This document shows positions 19,206-27,890 of a DNA stretch of 57,938 nt, piece after piece. The notes under the pieces were generated by a model. It saw only the letters and a program-made list of their open reading frames with translations. It made no database searches and was not told the DNA's origin. Location of the stretch: positions 1 through 57,938 of the forward strand of contig CAKOHQ010000002.1 in assembly GCA_934085875.1 (NCBI GenBank). Reading direction: 5' to 3'. Positions within the stretch are counted from its first letter, which is position 1, and each line of letters opens with the position of its first letter. The position numbers and the translations under genes were made by a program. The stretch is from an uncultured Bacilli bacterium (lineage in GTDB: Bacteria > Bacillota_I > Bacilli_A > RF39 > UBA660).

Positions 19206-20045
19206 TTAAATATCATCTAAATTAGGTGTTAATTTATAATTAACCTCTTTATACTTTTTATCAACTTTATTCCATAATTCATCAACTGTATTATTTATTA
19301 TATTACCTAAATAAAAATCAGTTTCTTCTCCATTTATATAAAAAGGATGTAAATAAACATTACCATTTGCTCTAACTAAAAAATGTTTTCCTTCAGCCCA
19401 TTTAAATAAACGATATTTACATTCAATTTTGTTTTTATATTTTTCAAATATATTATTAATTACTTCATCATTAGGTAAATTTTTCATATTTTTAGCTTTC
19501 CCAATATTTAAGATCGGAATCAAAACAATTTCATATATGTTAAATTTTACTAAATCGTCAATAATTTGATCTAAGAATTTAATATTTTCCTCAAATAATG
19601 GTATATTAACTTGAATTTTAACATTATTTTCACTTAATAACTTTATAGTATTAATAACAGTCCTATATCTAAACAATTTATTTTTAGTTATTTTTAAACA
19701 ATCTTCGTCAGTATAACCATAAATTGATACTCTTATTAATTTAAAATTTTTAGATAAATCCTTAATATTTTTATCTGTTATAAACGTTCCATTTGTATCT
19801 AATGTTATTTTTGTATCCTTAGGATTTATATTATTAAAAATATCAAAAAAAGAAGGATATAACAGCGGTTCCCCTCCTGTTATACTAATAGAACTAATTC
19901 CTTCATCAATACTTTTCTGTATTATATTTATCCATTCACTATAATTTAAATCATTGTCCTTTTTATTTGCAAAACAGTGTATACAATTTAAATTACATTT
20001 ATCTGTTATTTCTATAATCATTCTTGACGGTTTTTCTAAATTCAT
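19206..20045 (-). CDS. radical SAM protein (MoaA/NifB/PqqE-like core)
   Basis: CNLNCIHC (Cx3Cx2C) near the N-terminus and ISITGGEPLLYP. Confidence 0.75.
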   Translation of the reverse strand: MNLEKPSRMIIEITDKCNLNCIHCFANKKDNDLNYSEWINIIQKSIDEGISSISITGGEPLLYPSFFDIFNNINPKDTKITLDTNGTFITDKNIKDLSKNFKLIRVSIYGYTDEDCLKITKNKLFRYRTVINTIKLLSENNVKIQVNIPLFEENIKFLDQIIDDLVKFNIYEIVLIPILNIGKAKNMKNLPNDEVINNIFEKYKNKIECKYRLFKWAEGKHFLVRANGNVYLHPFYINGEETDFYLGNIINNTVDELWNKVDKKYKEVNYKLTPNLDDI

Positions 20046-20048
20046 AAA

Positions 20049-21194
20049 TTACACCTCATATTCTTGAATATCCCACTCCAAACCAGAAATTCTATTATTT
20101 TTAGACCAAGGTATTCTTAAATCATATTTTTTTGACATTTCATAAATAAACTTATATGCTTCTATATAATAATCAATATTTTTATTTTGATAATCCTCAT
20201 TTAAAATTGCACCAGGTGTAGGATAAAAGATAGTACCAGATGAAAAACATCCTTTTTTAGCTAAAAACTCTATTCCATCTTTTAATGATTCTATACTTTC
20301 CAATCCTAATACAAAATTAGTTTTTACAAAACCTTTTTTATATCTATTACAAAGTAAATCAAACATTTCAATATATTTTTCTCTACCAAATATACTTTCT
20401 TTTCCAGGACATAATTTTTTAAATAAATTTTTATCCCATATTTCAATATTAATTGAAATCATACCTAATCCAATATCATACAATTTATCTATCAACTCTA
20501 TTGGTATGTTTTGAGCAGGTACAAATACAGTATTAGCTAATAAAGAAACTCCATTCTTTCTTTTTTTTATTTCGTTAAACAATTTTTCAAAAAAAGCATA
20601 TTCATCAACATTAAAATGTGTCCCAGTTGACATAAAAATATAATTTGGTTTGTATTCTTCATTAGCAATATCAAAAGCCCATAAATATTCTGATAACAAC
20701 GTTGTATCATCAAATTTATCTTTAATTGCATTTACACCACAAAATTTACATTTTATATCAGTTCTATCAAAATCACAATGTAATTTAGGATATATTCTCA
20801 AGCAATCCTCACCCATAATATTTACATATTTTTTTAATGGTATGCCTAATGGAGAAATCTTATTCAAAAAATTTGGTAATTTATCAACAAGAATATTTAT
20901 TTTTATACCATCATAATTTAAATATAAGTTGTTATCTTTTATAAATAAATTAAATTTACTATTCTTATTGCTTCTTGTTTCAATTCTAATTTTATTACCT
21001 TTATATTCTGCAATTATTTCATTTGGAACAAATTTCTTTGTATCATGATAATTAAATAAACCATGACTTGCTTCTTTACTACCATTTGAAATATCTACTA
21101 AAAATTCTTCAACATCTGGATTTGAAAAATTCAAACCATTTAATAATAAATCTATTTTTAATTTTAATAATACGTTAAAATCTTTACTATCCAT
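20049..21194 (-). CDS. radical-SAM-like TIM-barrel protein with a non-canonical Cx8Cx2C motif and a roughly 130-aa N-terminal extra domain
   Basis: HCDFDRTDIKCKFCGV. The downstream segments (IFMSTGTHF, MISINIEIWD, NFVLGLES) resemble the radical SAM partial barrel. Confidence 0.45.
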   Translation of the reverse strand: MDSKDFNVLLKLKIDLLLNGLNFSNPDVEEFLVDISNGSKEASHGLFNYHDTKKFVPNEIIAEYKGNKIRIETRSNKNSKFNLFIKDNNLYLNYDGIKINILVDKLPNFLNKISPLGIPLKKYVNIMGEDCLRIYPKLHCDFDRTDIKCKFCGVNAIKDKFDDTTLLSEYLWAFDIANEEYKPNYIFMSTGTHFNVDEYAFFEKLFNEIKKRKNGVSLLANTVFVPAQNIPIELIDKLYDIGLGMISINIEIWDKNLFKKLCPGKESIFGREKYIEMFDLLCNRYKKGFVKTNFVLGLESIESLKDGIEFLAKKGCFSSGTIFYPTPGAILNEDYQNKNIDYYIEAYKFIYEMSKKYDLRIPWSKNNRISGLEWDIQEYEV

Positions 21195-21203
21195 AACTAT
21201 CTC

Positions 21204-22025
21204 CTATAATTCATGTTTTTTATTATATAATTCCCTTAATTTTTCTAATTTTAATGGTGTAGGTATTATTTCATTGTTTTTTTCTTCCATTATTTTATTA
21301 GCTAATTCTTTAAAAATATCAGCTAAATCAGAATCAGGTAATTTTTCAATAATTGGTTGATGATAATCACAACATTCTTCAATTCTATTATCCCTAGGAA
21401 TCATACTAATTAATGGAATATTAATTGCTTTTGAAAATGACTCTATTATTTCTTTTTCATTTTTTATATTTCTACAATTACCAATAATACCTACTAATTT
21501 AACATCATTATATTCTAAACAACTATTTATATATCCATAAGCAAGATTATTAGCAGCGAATAAAGAATTAAATTCTCCAGAAGTAACAATATACATTTCT
21601 TGTGTTTTTCCACTTCTTAATGGTTCAAAAAAACCACCACATACAACATCACCCAAAATATCAAATAAAACCAAATCCAAATTTTCATCATCTAAACAAT
21701 TAAATCTATTCAACGTTTCTAGTCCTTTAATTACTCCTCTTCCAGCACAACCTACTCCTGGTCTAGGACCACCTAATTCAACACATTTTGTTCCAAATTT
21801 ACCTTCAACAACAATATCTTCAACTTTAATATCACTACCTTTTTCCATAATTTTATTTAAAGCAGTTTCATCTGTTTTATCTGACAATAATAAAGTAGAA
21901 TCATGTTTAGGATCACAACCTATTTGTAAAACTTTTTTTCCCATAAATCCTAATGTAGCTGATACATTTGATGATATAGTTGATTTTCCAATACCACCTT
22001 TTCCATAAATTGCTATTCTTTTCAT
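21204..22025 (-). CDS. NifH/BchL/CfbC-family ATPase (nitrogenase iron-protein-like)
   Basis: P-loop IYGKGGIGKST, 4Fe-4S ligand contexts VGCAGRGV and GDVVCGGF, and GCDPKHDST. ATGA overlap with the upstream NifD-like gene. Confidence 0.9.
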   Translation of the reverse strand: MKRIAIYGKGGIGKSTISSNVSATLGFMGKKVLQIGCDPKHDSTLLLSDKTDETALNKIMEKGSDIKVEDIVVEGKFGTKCVELGGPRPGVGCAGRGVIKGLETLNRFNCLDDENLDLVLFDILGDVVCGGFFEPLRSGKTQEMYIVTSGEFNSLFAANNLAYGYINSCLEYNDVKLVGIIGNCRNIKNEKEIIESFSKAINIPLISMIPRDNRIEECCDYHQPIIEKLPDSDLADIFKELANKIMEEKNNEIIPTPLKLEKLRELYNKKHEL

Positions 22026-23222
22026 CGTTTGCCTCCTTCATAATTAACTAAATACTCTGCAAAACGTATTGCACCTTCAAAACCAGCGAAATCTTCTTTT
22101 GGTCTAAAAATAGTCTTATAAGGATAAACTATTTCTCCAAATGTAGAAAAAACAAAATCAGGTTTTAATTCTTCTATAATTTTTCTTAAATCATCAGAGT
22201 TTTCCTCTATTAAAACTTTATCAGTGAATTTATAATAATCTTCTTTATTAAATTCTTCTAATGATTTTTCAGTAAAAATACACTTTATTTTAATACCTAA
22301 TTCATTTAACAAATTTGCATACCCTAAAGACCTCCTATTTCCGCTTATAATTATTGCTGTCTTTCCATTTAACTTATCATAAAATTTTTTTAACTCTTTT
22401 TTTGTTTTTATATATATGTTTTGATAATCTCTATTTTTTATATTAAAAAAATTAAATATCTCTTCTAAAATCGAATATGAATTTTCAACACCAAAAAAAC
22501 CAAAATTATTATATATAGAATGAATATTAAATTTATTTTCTAATTTTTTTGCTATATTTTTAGATGCATTATTACAGACAACATAATTTAATTCAGCACT
22601 CCCAATGTTATTTATTTCTTCAATAGTAGAAGTTGCTGGAAATATGGTATTTACTTTTATACGACCAGCAGTTAAATATTTTTTTAATTCTTGTGTAGTA
22701 TTTAAATTAATATTAAATTCTCCTAAGATATTTAATGTGTTTTTTTCTTTATTTATATTATTATCACTTAATGAATCAATTAATAGATTTCCAGCGTTAA
22801 TCATACCAACTTTATGATCTCCTTTAAATCCAGCACTATTTAAAGTAAATATTTTACAACCTAATTTATCCCCTAATAAATTTGCAACATCTTTTATGTT
22901 TTCTCCAATTATTTCTGTAACACAACAATTTAAAACAAATATTATTTTAGGATGGTATTTATTATAAATATCATTAATAGCTCTCTCTAATTTTTTTTGT
23001 CCTCCAAAAAACAACATCATCATCATTAAAGCATGTGCTAAAAATTCTAGGTCCTGAATGTTCAACTGTATCTTTATATCCATTTAATATCATAACTGAA
23101 TTTCTACAAAAAAACGAGCAACCAGTTGGTCCATGTATTAGACATACTGTATCCTTTAAATTTGCCAAATATCTCAATGCTCCAAACAAATAACAAGATC
23201 TAAAAGGTTCTTCATAATTCAT
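22022..23222 (-). pseudogene. NifD/NifE/BchN/CfbD-family subunit (nitrogenase component-1-like), split by a +1 base in a homopolymer at 23006-23011
   Basis: CLIHGPTGCSFFC ... STCFNDDDVVF, then after a frame switch GGQKKLERAINDIY...IIFVLNCCVTEIIGENI. About 399 aa if the frame is repaired. A GGAG RBS precedes the ATG at 23222. Confidence 0.8.
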
Positions 23223-23232
23223 ATTAACACTC

Positions 23233-24036
23233 CTATATTCTTCCACAAGCACTTGAAGTACATTGTGAACATTTATTTATCATTGGAAATCCCAATTCTT
23301 TTAATTCTTTTACTTTATTCTTGAAATTATCTAAATATAAATCTTTATCATAGTTAAATTGATTATTTATTTGTCTTAAAGGTAATAAATTAAAACAATC
23401 AACACCCATTTTTAATAAAAAGCTAAACATACTATTTATTTCATTATCATTTATATTTGGAATATATATAGTATTGATTTTTATTTTTACATTTCTGTCT
23501 TTCATATCTTTAATTATGCTTTTCTGTTGATTAATGATTTCATCCGCCTTTAAAATACCATCATTTACAGAACGATATAAAAATTTCATTTTTCTAATAT
23601 CTAAAGTATTTATAGTTAAAGTTAAATACTCTAACTTATTTAAATTTTTTATTCTATTGATTACATTATTATAATTATATCCACAAGAACAAATACATAA
23701 TTTATAATCTTTATATTGTTCATTCATAACTTCATTTAAAATTTCAAGATTATCCATATTATCTAATGGATCTCCAGGACCACTAACACCTATTATATTA
23801 ATCTTAGGAAATATTTTTGTTTTTTCTTCTAAATATTTTAACATTTCTTCTCTATTATTAATTACAAGATTTGATGTTCCAGGTCTGTTTTCTATATTAA
23901 TACCTACATTTCCATCCATAACATAATTACAATATTTGCATCCCATTTTACATACTTTCGCAATAGGAATATGTATTCTGCCATATCCGAGATCATTGCT
24001 ACTTGTATTAAAACAAGAATGAATTTCGTTTTTCAT
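23233..24036 (-). CDS. NifB-like radical SAM protein (minimal form without a NifX-like domain)
   Basis: HSCF...GRIHIPIAKVCKMGCKYCNYV...ENRPGTS...IGVSGPGDPL...LTLTINT... C-terminal CSQCTSSACG. This parallels NifB HPCY...ARMHLPVAPxCNxxCxYCNR...ESRPGV...GIAGPGDPL...CxQCRADAxG. Confidence 0.8.
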   Translation of the reverse strand: MKNEIHSCFNTSSNDLGYGRIHIPIAKVCKMGCKYCNYVMDGNVGINIENRPGTSNLVINNREEMLKYLEEKTKIFPKINIIGVSGPGDPLDNMDNLEILNEVMNEQYKDYKLCICSCGYNYNNVINRIKNLNKLEYLTLTINTLDIRKMKFLYRSVNDGILKADEIINQQKSIIKDMKDRNVKIKINTIYIPNINDNEINSMFSFLLKMGVDCFNLLPLRQINNQFNYDKDLYLDNFKNKVKELKELGFPMINKCSQCTSSACGRI

Positions 24037-24044
24037 ATTAATCC

Positions 24045-25475
24045 CTACTTTTTGTTAAATTCCTTTATTTTTTTCTTAGCATGAGTAGTTTGCACTTTAT
24101 CAATCCAATCAATTCTAGGACCATATGATAATTCATCAGTTATTATTCTGACTCTATCTTTATTAGATAATCTATAATCAACTGATACAAACTCATCATT
24201 AACAAAAGCCCCAACCATAGTATTACCTATATCTGTATGAATTTTATAAGCTAAATCTATTGGTGTTGATCCTTTTGGTAATTCTATAATATCACCTTTT
24301 GTTGTATATACATATATCCTATCTGAAAATAATTCATTTTTTACTTGACTTACAAATTCTTGATTATCCCCAAATACAGAATTAATTTCTATTAATGATT
24401 TAAAAAACTGATATTTTTTCTTTAAATCATTTTGCATTATATCTCTTGCTTTTCCTTTTTCTAAATCCCAATATGCAGTTAAACCAAACGAAGCAATATT
24501 GTCCATATCAAAAGTTCTAATCTGAGTTTGAACTAATTTATCTTGTGGACCAAATACTGTTGTATGTAAACTTTTATACATATTTGTTTTTGGATTACAA
24601 ATATAATCTTTAAATTTATCATTTATTGGATGATATTCATGATGTATTAAACCTAATGTTCGATAACAATTTGATATGTCATCAACCATAATTTTAAGTG
24701 CTAATAAATCATGTATATCTGATATACGTTCTCCTTCATTTAATCTTTTGTATAAGCCATAAATATTTTTTGTTCTTACTTTTATTTGATTAGGAATATT
24801 ATTTTCACTTAGAATCATATTTATATTATTTAACATTTCATTTAAGCAAGATTCAGAGTCTAATTCTATTTTTTGTTTTCTTAACTCTAAGTCTTTATAT
24901 GTATCTGGCTTTAAATATCTTAAACATAAATCTTCTAATTCACTTTTAATTCTATATGCTCCTATATAATAAGCAAGAGGAACAAATATTTCCATTGTTT
25001 CTAATGAATTTTCTTTTTGTTTAAATTCGCTTTTAAATTCTAATGTTCTCATATTATGTAATCTATCTGCAAGCTTTATGATTATTATTCTTACATCATC
25101 TGTTATTCCTGTAATTATTTTTCTAGTATTGGCATTGTTTTGATCTAATTTAGAAGAAAAATTCATCTTTGCTAATTTCGTAACACCATCAACCAAATTT
25201 GCAATATTTTGATTGAATTCATGAGATATATCTTCTTTAGTAATATTAGTATCTTCTATTGTATCATGTAAAAGTCCTGCACATATCGTATCTTTATCAG
25301 CATGAATTTCAGCAAGTATATATGCTACATTTAAAGGATGTGATATATAAGGTTCTCCACTTTGTCTATATTGTCCCTTATGAAGATTATCTGCATAATC
25401 ATATGCTTTAGATATAATATCTACTTCTTCTTGATTATAACTTTTTATCAAATTAATTAAATCTTTCTTTTCCAT
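24045..25475 (-). CDS. RelA/SpoT homolog with HD hydrolase, synthetase-like and TGS domains only (no helical/ZFD/ACT C-terminal region)
   Basis: HKGQYRQSGEPYISHPLNVA, HDTIEDT and KLADRLHNMRTL (hydrolase); RTKNIYGLYKRL and YKSLHTTVFGP...QTQIRT (synthetase-like); TGS YVYTTKGDIIELPKGSTPIDLAYKIHTDIGN. 476 aa. Confidence 0.85.
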   Translation of the reverse strand: MEKKDLINLIKSYNQEEVDIISKAYDYADNLHKGQYRQSGEPYISHPLNVAYILAEIHADKDTICAGLLHDTIEDTNITKEDISHEFNQNIANLVDGVTKLAKMNFSSKLDQNNANTRKIITGITDDVRIIIIKLADRLHNMRTLEFKSEFKQKENSLETMEIFVPLAYYIGAYRIKSELEDLCLRYLKPDTYKDLELRKQKIELDSESCLNEMLNNINMILSENNIPNQIKVRTKNIYGLYKRLNEGERISDIHDLLALKIMVDDISNCYRTLGLIHHEYHPINDKFKDYICNPKTNMYKSLHTTVFGPQDKLVQTQIRTFDMDNIASFGLTAYWDLEKGKARDIMQNDLKKKYQFFKSLIEINSVFGDNQEFVSQVKNELFSDRIYVYTTKGDIIELPKGSTPIDLAYKIHTDIGNTMVGAFVNDEFVSVDYRLSNKDRVRIITDELSYGPRIDWIDKVQTTHAKKKIKEFNKK

Positions 25476-25494
25476 AATATTCCTCCTATCAAAT

Positions 25495-25534
25495 AAAAAA
25501 ATGGCGACAAAAATAACAGGTAATTATTTTGTCG
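25495..25534 (-). terminator. intrinsic terminator inside the 5' leader of the RSH/nif-like array (candidate attenuator)
   Basis: Minus strand: CGACAAAATAA-ttacctg-TTATTTTTGTCG followed by T7. It lies about 10 nt upstream of the AGGAGG RBS of the RSH gene. Confidence 0.55.
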
Positions 25535-25684
25535 TCACTTTAGACATATCTATTTCAGAAAAGTTGCTTAATAAAAGAAAGTAAACAGAATATAGTTTAC
25601 AAATGTATAATATAAAACTAATTAATACTATAACATTTTTTACTCTCATATCACAAAAACCTTCCCAAAAAATATATTGTATTA

Positions 25685-25714
25685 ATAATACCACTTATAA
25701 AAAGATAAAGTCAA
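25685..25714 (-). promoter_or_regulatory. candidate sigma-A-type promoter for the RSH/nif-like array
   Basis: Minus strand: TTGACT, then 18 nt ending in TGg, then TATTAT. Confidence 0.4.
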
Positions 25715-25811
25715 GCATAAATACTATAAATTATAAAAAATAAAATAAAAGTACATGATTTGAAATATGCGACAATATGTGATATATTAAATTTATTAAT
25801 GGAGGTATTTT

Positions 25812-27500
25812 ATGGAAATAATAAAAAAACATGTTATTTATGCAAGAAAATCTAAATATACTGGTAAAGGAGAAAGTGTTGATAATCAAACAGAATTATG
25901 CAAAGAAAAATTAAAATTAAAATATCCTGATATTGATTTAGAAAAAGATGTAGTTTATTTAACAGATGAAGGATTTACCGGAGCTAACACAAACAGACCA
26001 GCATTTCAAGAAATGATGAAATTAGTAAAAGAAAAAAAAGTGTTATCTGTTACATGCTATAGATTAGATAGAATAAGTAGAAATGTTGGGGATTTTTGTG
26101 ATTTAATTAAAGAATTTGAAAAATATGATGTAAGTTTTTTATCAATTAGAGAGGATTTTGATACAGTTACACCTATGGGAAAAGCTATGATGTTAATGAG
26201 TTCTGTATTCGCTCAATTAGAAAGAGATACTATTGCAGAAAGAATTAGAGATAATATGTTAGAACTTGCTAAAACTGGAAGATGGTTAGGTGGAACTACT
26301 CCTACTGGATTTAAATCAGTAGAAATTAAAAATATTACTGTTGATGGAAAAACAAAAAAACTATTTAAATTAGAAGAAATTCCAGAAGAAAAAGAAATAG
26401 TATTATTATTAGTTAATAAATATAAAGAAATAAAATCTCAAACAGGATTAGAAACTTATACTATTCAAAACAATATCAGTACAAAAAGAAATAAAAAATT
26501 TACAAGATGGTCACTAGTAAATATCCTATCAAATCCTGTATATGCAGCAGCAGACGAAGATAGTTATAACTATTTTTTAAATAAAGGAGCTAATGTAATT
26601 GGTGATATAAAAGATTATGATGGAAAACATGGATTAATGGTTTATAACAAAACAAATCAAACTAATAATAACAACAAAAAAGAAACTCCTATTACAGAAT
26701 GGATCGTTGCAATTGGAAAACATAAACCTTTTTATTCAGGAAGTGAATATATAAAAATACAAGATTTATTAAAATTAGGGGCTGATAAAAGATTTAGAAA
26801 ATCTGCAGTAAATAATGCTTTATTATCAGGCTTATTAAGATGCGAACATTGTGGAAGTTTTATGAGACCAAAATTAAGTAGAAATACAGATAAAAATGGA
26901 AATAAAAAATTTAAATATCTTTGTGAGTTAAAAGATAAAAGCAGAAAAACAAAATGTAATACTCCTAATTTAGATGGAAATGAAGCAGACAAAAAAGTAA
27001 TAGAAATTATTAAAGAACTTATAACAGAAAACAGCGATTTTTATAAAGCAATTAAAGAAATTGCAGATGGAAAAATTGGAAAAGCAAATGATAAAAATAC
27101 TGAAATAGTTAATATATCAAATATGATAAGTAAAAATGAAAAATCTATCGCTACCCTAGTAGATAGATTAAAAGAAGTACCTTCAGAAATTGTTTCTGAT
27201 ATAGCCAATGAAATAGCAAAATTAAAAAAAGAAAATAAAGTTCTAATAAGAAAGAAAAATGAATTAAACGAACATGAATCACAGTATATAGATGATTCTG
27301 AAACTGCACAAATCATATTGAACTTATTTGATAACATATATAAAAATTTTGATGAGATGGATTTATTTGAAAGAAGAACAGTTGCAAGATTAATAATTCG
27401 ATCTGCTTATAGTGATGGAAAAAATCTAACTATCAATTTAGGTGGAACAAGAATGTCAGCTAAATCACTTAATATTCCAACTAGTGACAATTACAAATGA
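25812..27500 (+). CDS. large serine recombinase (SpoIVCA-like)
   Basis: N-terminal resolvase domain (VIYARKSKYTGKGESVDNQ, YRLDRISRN), recombinase domain, zinc-ribbon cysteines (CEHCGSF...YLCELKDKSRKTKC) and a coiled-coil tail. The stop codon overlaps the sigK junction. Confidence 0.92.
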   Translation: MEIIKKHVIYARKSKYTGKGESVDNQTELCKEKLKLKYPDIDLEKDVVYLTDEGFTGANTNRPAFQEMMKLVKEKKVLSVTCYRLDRISRNVGDFCDLIKEFEKYDVSFLSIREDFDTVTPMGKAMMLMSSVFAQLERDTIAERIRDNMLELAKTGRWLGGTTPTGFKSVEIKNITVDGKTKKLFKLEEIPEEKEIVLLLVNKYKEIKSQTGLETYTIQNNISTKRNKKFTRWSLVNILSNPVYAAADEDSYNYFLNKGANVIGDIKDYDGKHGLMVYNKTNQTNNNNKKETPITEWIVAIGKHKPFYSGSEYIKIQDLLKLGADKRFRKSAVNNALLSGLLRCEHCGSFMRPKLSRNTDKNGNKKFKYLCELKDKSRKTKCNTPNLDGNEADKKVIEIIKELITENSDFYKAIKEIADGKIGKANDKNTEIVNISNMISKNEKSIATLVDRLKEVPSEIVSDIANEIAKLKKENKVLIRKKNELNEHESQYIDDSETAQIILNLFDNIYKNFDEMDLFERRTVARLIIRSAYSDGKNLTINLGGTRMSAKSLNIPTSDNYK

Positions 27501-27867
27501 AATATTAATGTATTTTAGAAATAATAAAAAACATGTACATGATGTAAGTCTAAATGATTCTATTGGATATGATAAAGATGGTAACGAAATTAATTTAATG
27601 GATGTTGTAAAAAGTAATGACGAAGATATTTTAACTACATTGCATAATAAAGATTCTGTTGAAACTCTCATTAAATATTTAAGTATACTTAACGAAAGAG
27701 AAAAAGAAATTATCATTAAAAGATATGGATTATTTAATAATGATGAATTAACACAAAAAGAAATATCCGAAAAACTTAATATATCAAGGAGCTATGTATC
27801 TCGTATAGAAAAAAGAGCACTTTTGAAAATATATAAAAAATTCTTAAAAGATAAAAAAGAATATTAA
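27499..27867 (+). CDS. sigK: sigK 3' segment (regions 3-4, spoIIIC-like)
   Basis: EILMYFRNNKKHVHDVSLNDSIGYDKDGNEINLMDVV...REKEIIIKRYGL...QKEISEKLNISRSYVSRIEKRALLKI. It continues the SigK alignment exactly where the 5' segment stops. Confidence 0.9.
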   Translation, partial: EILMYFRNNKKHVHDVSLNDSIGYDKDGNEINLMDVVKSNDEDILTTLHNKDSVETLIKYLSILNEREKEIIIKRYGLFNNDELTQKEISEKLNISRSYVSRIEKRALLKIYKKFLKDKKEY

Positions 27868-27890
27868 AAAATGTACTGCGCGTACATTTT
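27866..27890. terminator. bidirectional terminator hairpin (copy 1)
   Basis: AAAATGTAC-tgcgc-GTACATTTT, flanked by A/T runs. Confidence 0.65.

Noticed and set aside
20650-22817. Plus-strand ORFs 20650..20916 and 22605..22817
   Set aside because: They are antisense to the radical-SAM-like and NifD-like genes, with no independent support.
23001-23020. Programmed +1 ribosomal frameshifting in the NifD-like gene
   Set aside because: There is no upstream Shine-Dalgarno stimulator and no in-frame stop or rare codon at the shift site as in prfB. A 6-nt run is also short for efficient transcriptional slippage. Mutation or sequencing error is more parsimonious.
22974-23252. Treating the 92-aa ORF and ORF 22022..23083 as two separate genes
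   Set aside because: Their translations are consecutive parts of one NifD/BchN-family fold. They join exactly at the conserved VFGG motif if one base of a 6-nt homopolymer is removed.
18315-24036. Reading the nifH/nifD/nifB-like genes as a nitrogen-fixation (nif) cluster
   Set aside because: There is only one component-1-like subunit of about 399 aa. No nifK, nifE or nifN is present, and there are no nifV, nifS or nifU-type genes or Mo/V/Fe-specific accessory genes. The D-like protein is much shorter than NifD. It is better described as a nitrogenase-like (Nfl-type) system of unknown function.
27495-27500. TGA read-through or genetic code 4 (Mollicutes-like), suggested by the extreme AT richness
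   Set aside because: Tryptophans in conserved proteins are encoded by TGG. ORFs end cleanly at TAA, TAG or TGA with family-typical lengths. The organism carries sporulation genes. Standard code 11 fits.
26732-27716. Minus-strand ORFs 26732..26992, 27041..27337 and 27465..27716
   Set aside because: They are antisense to the serine recombinase and the sigK 3' segment, with no motifs.
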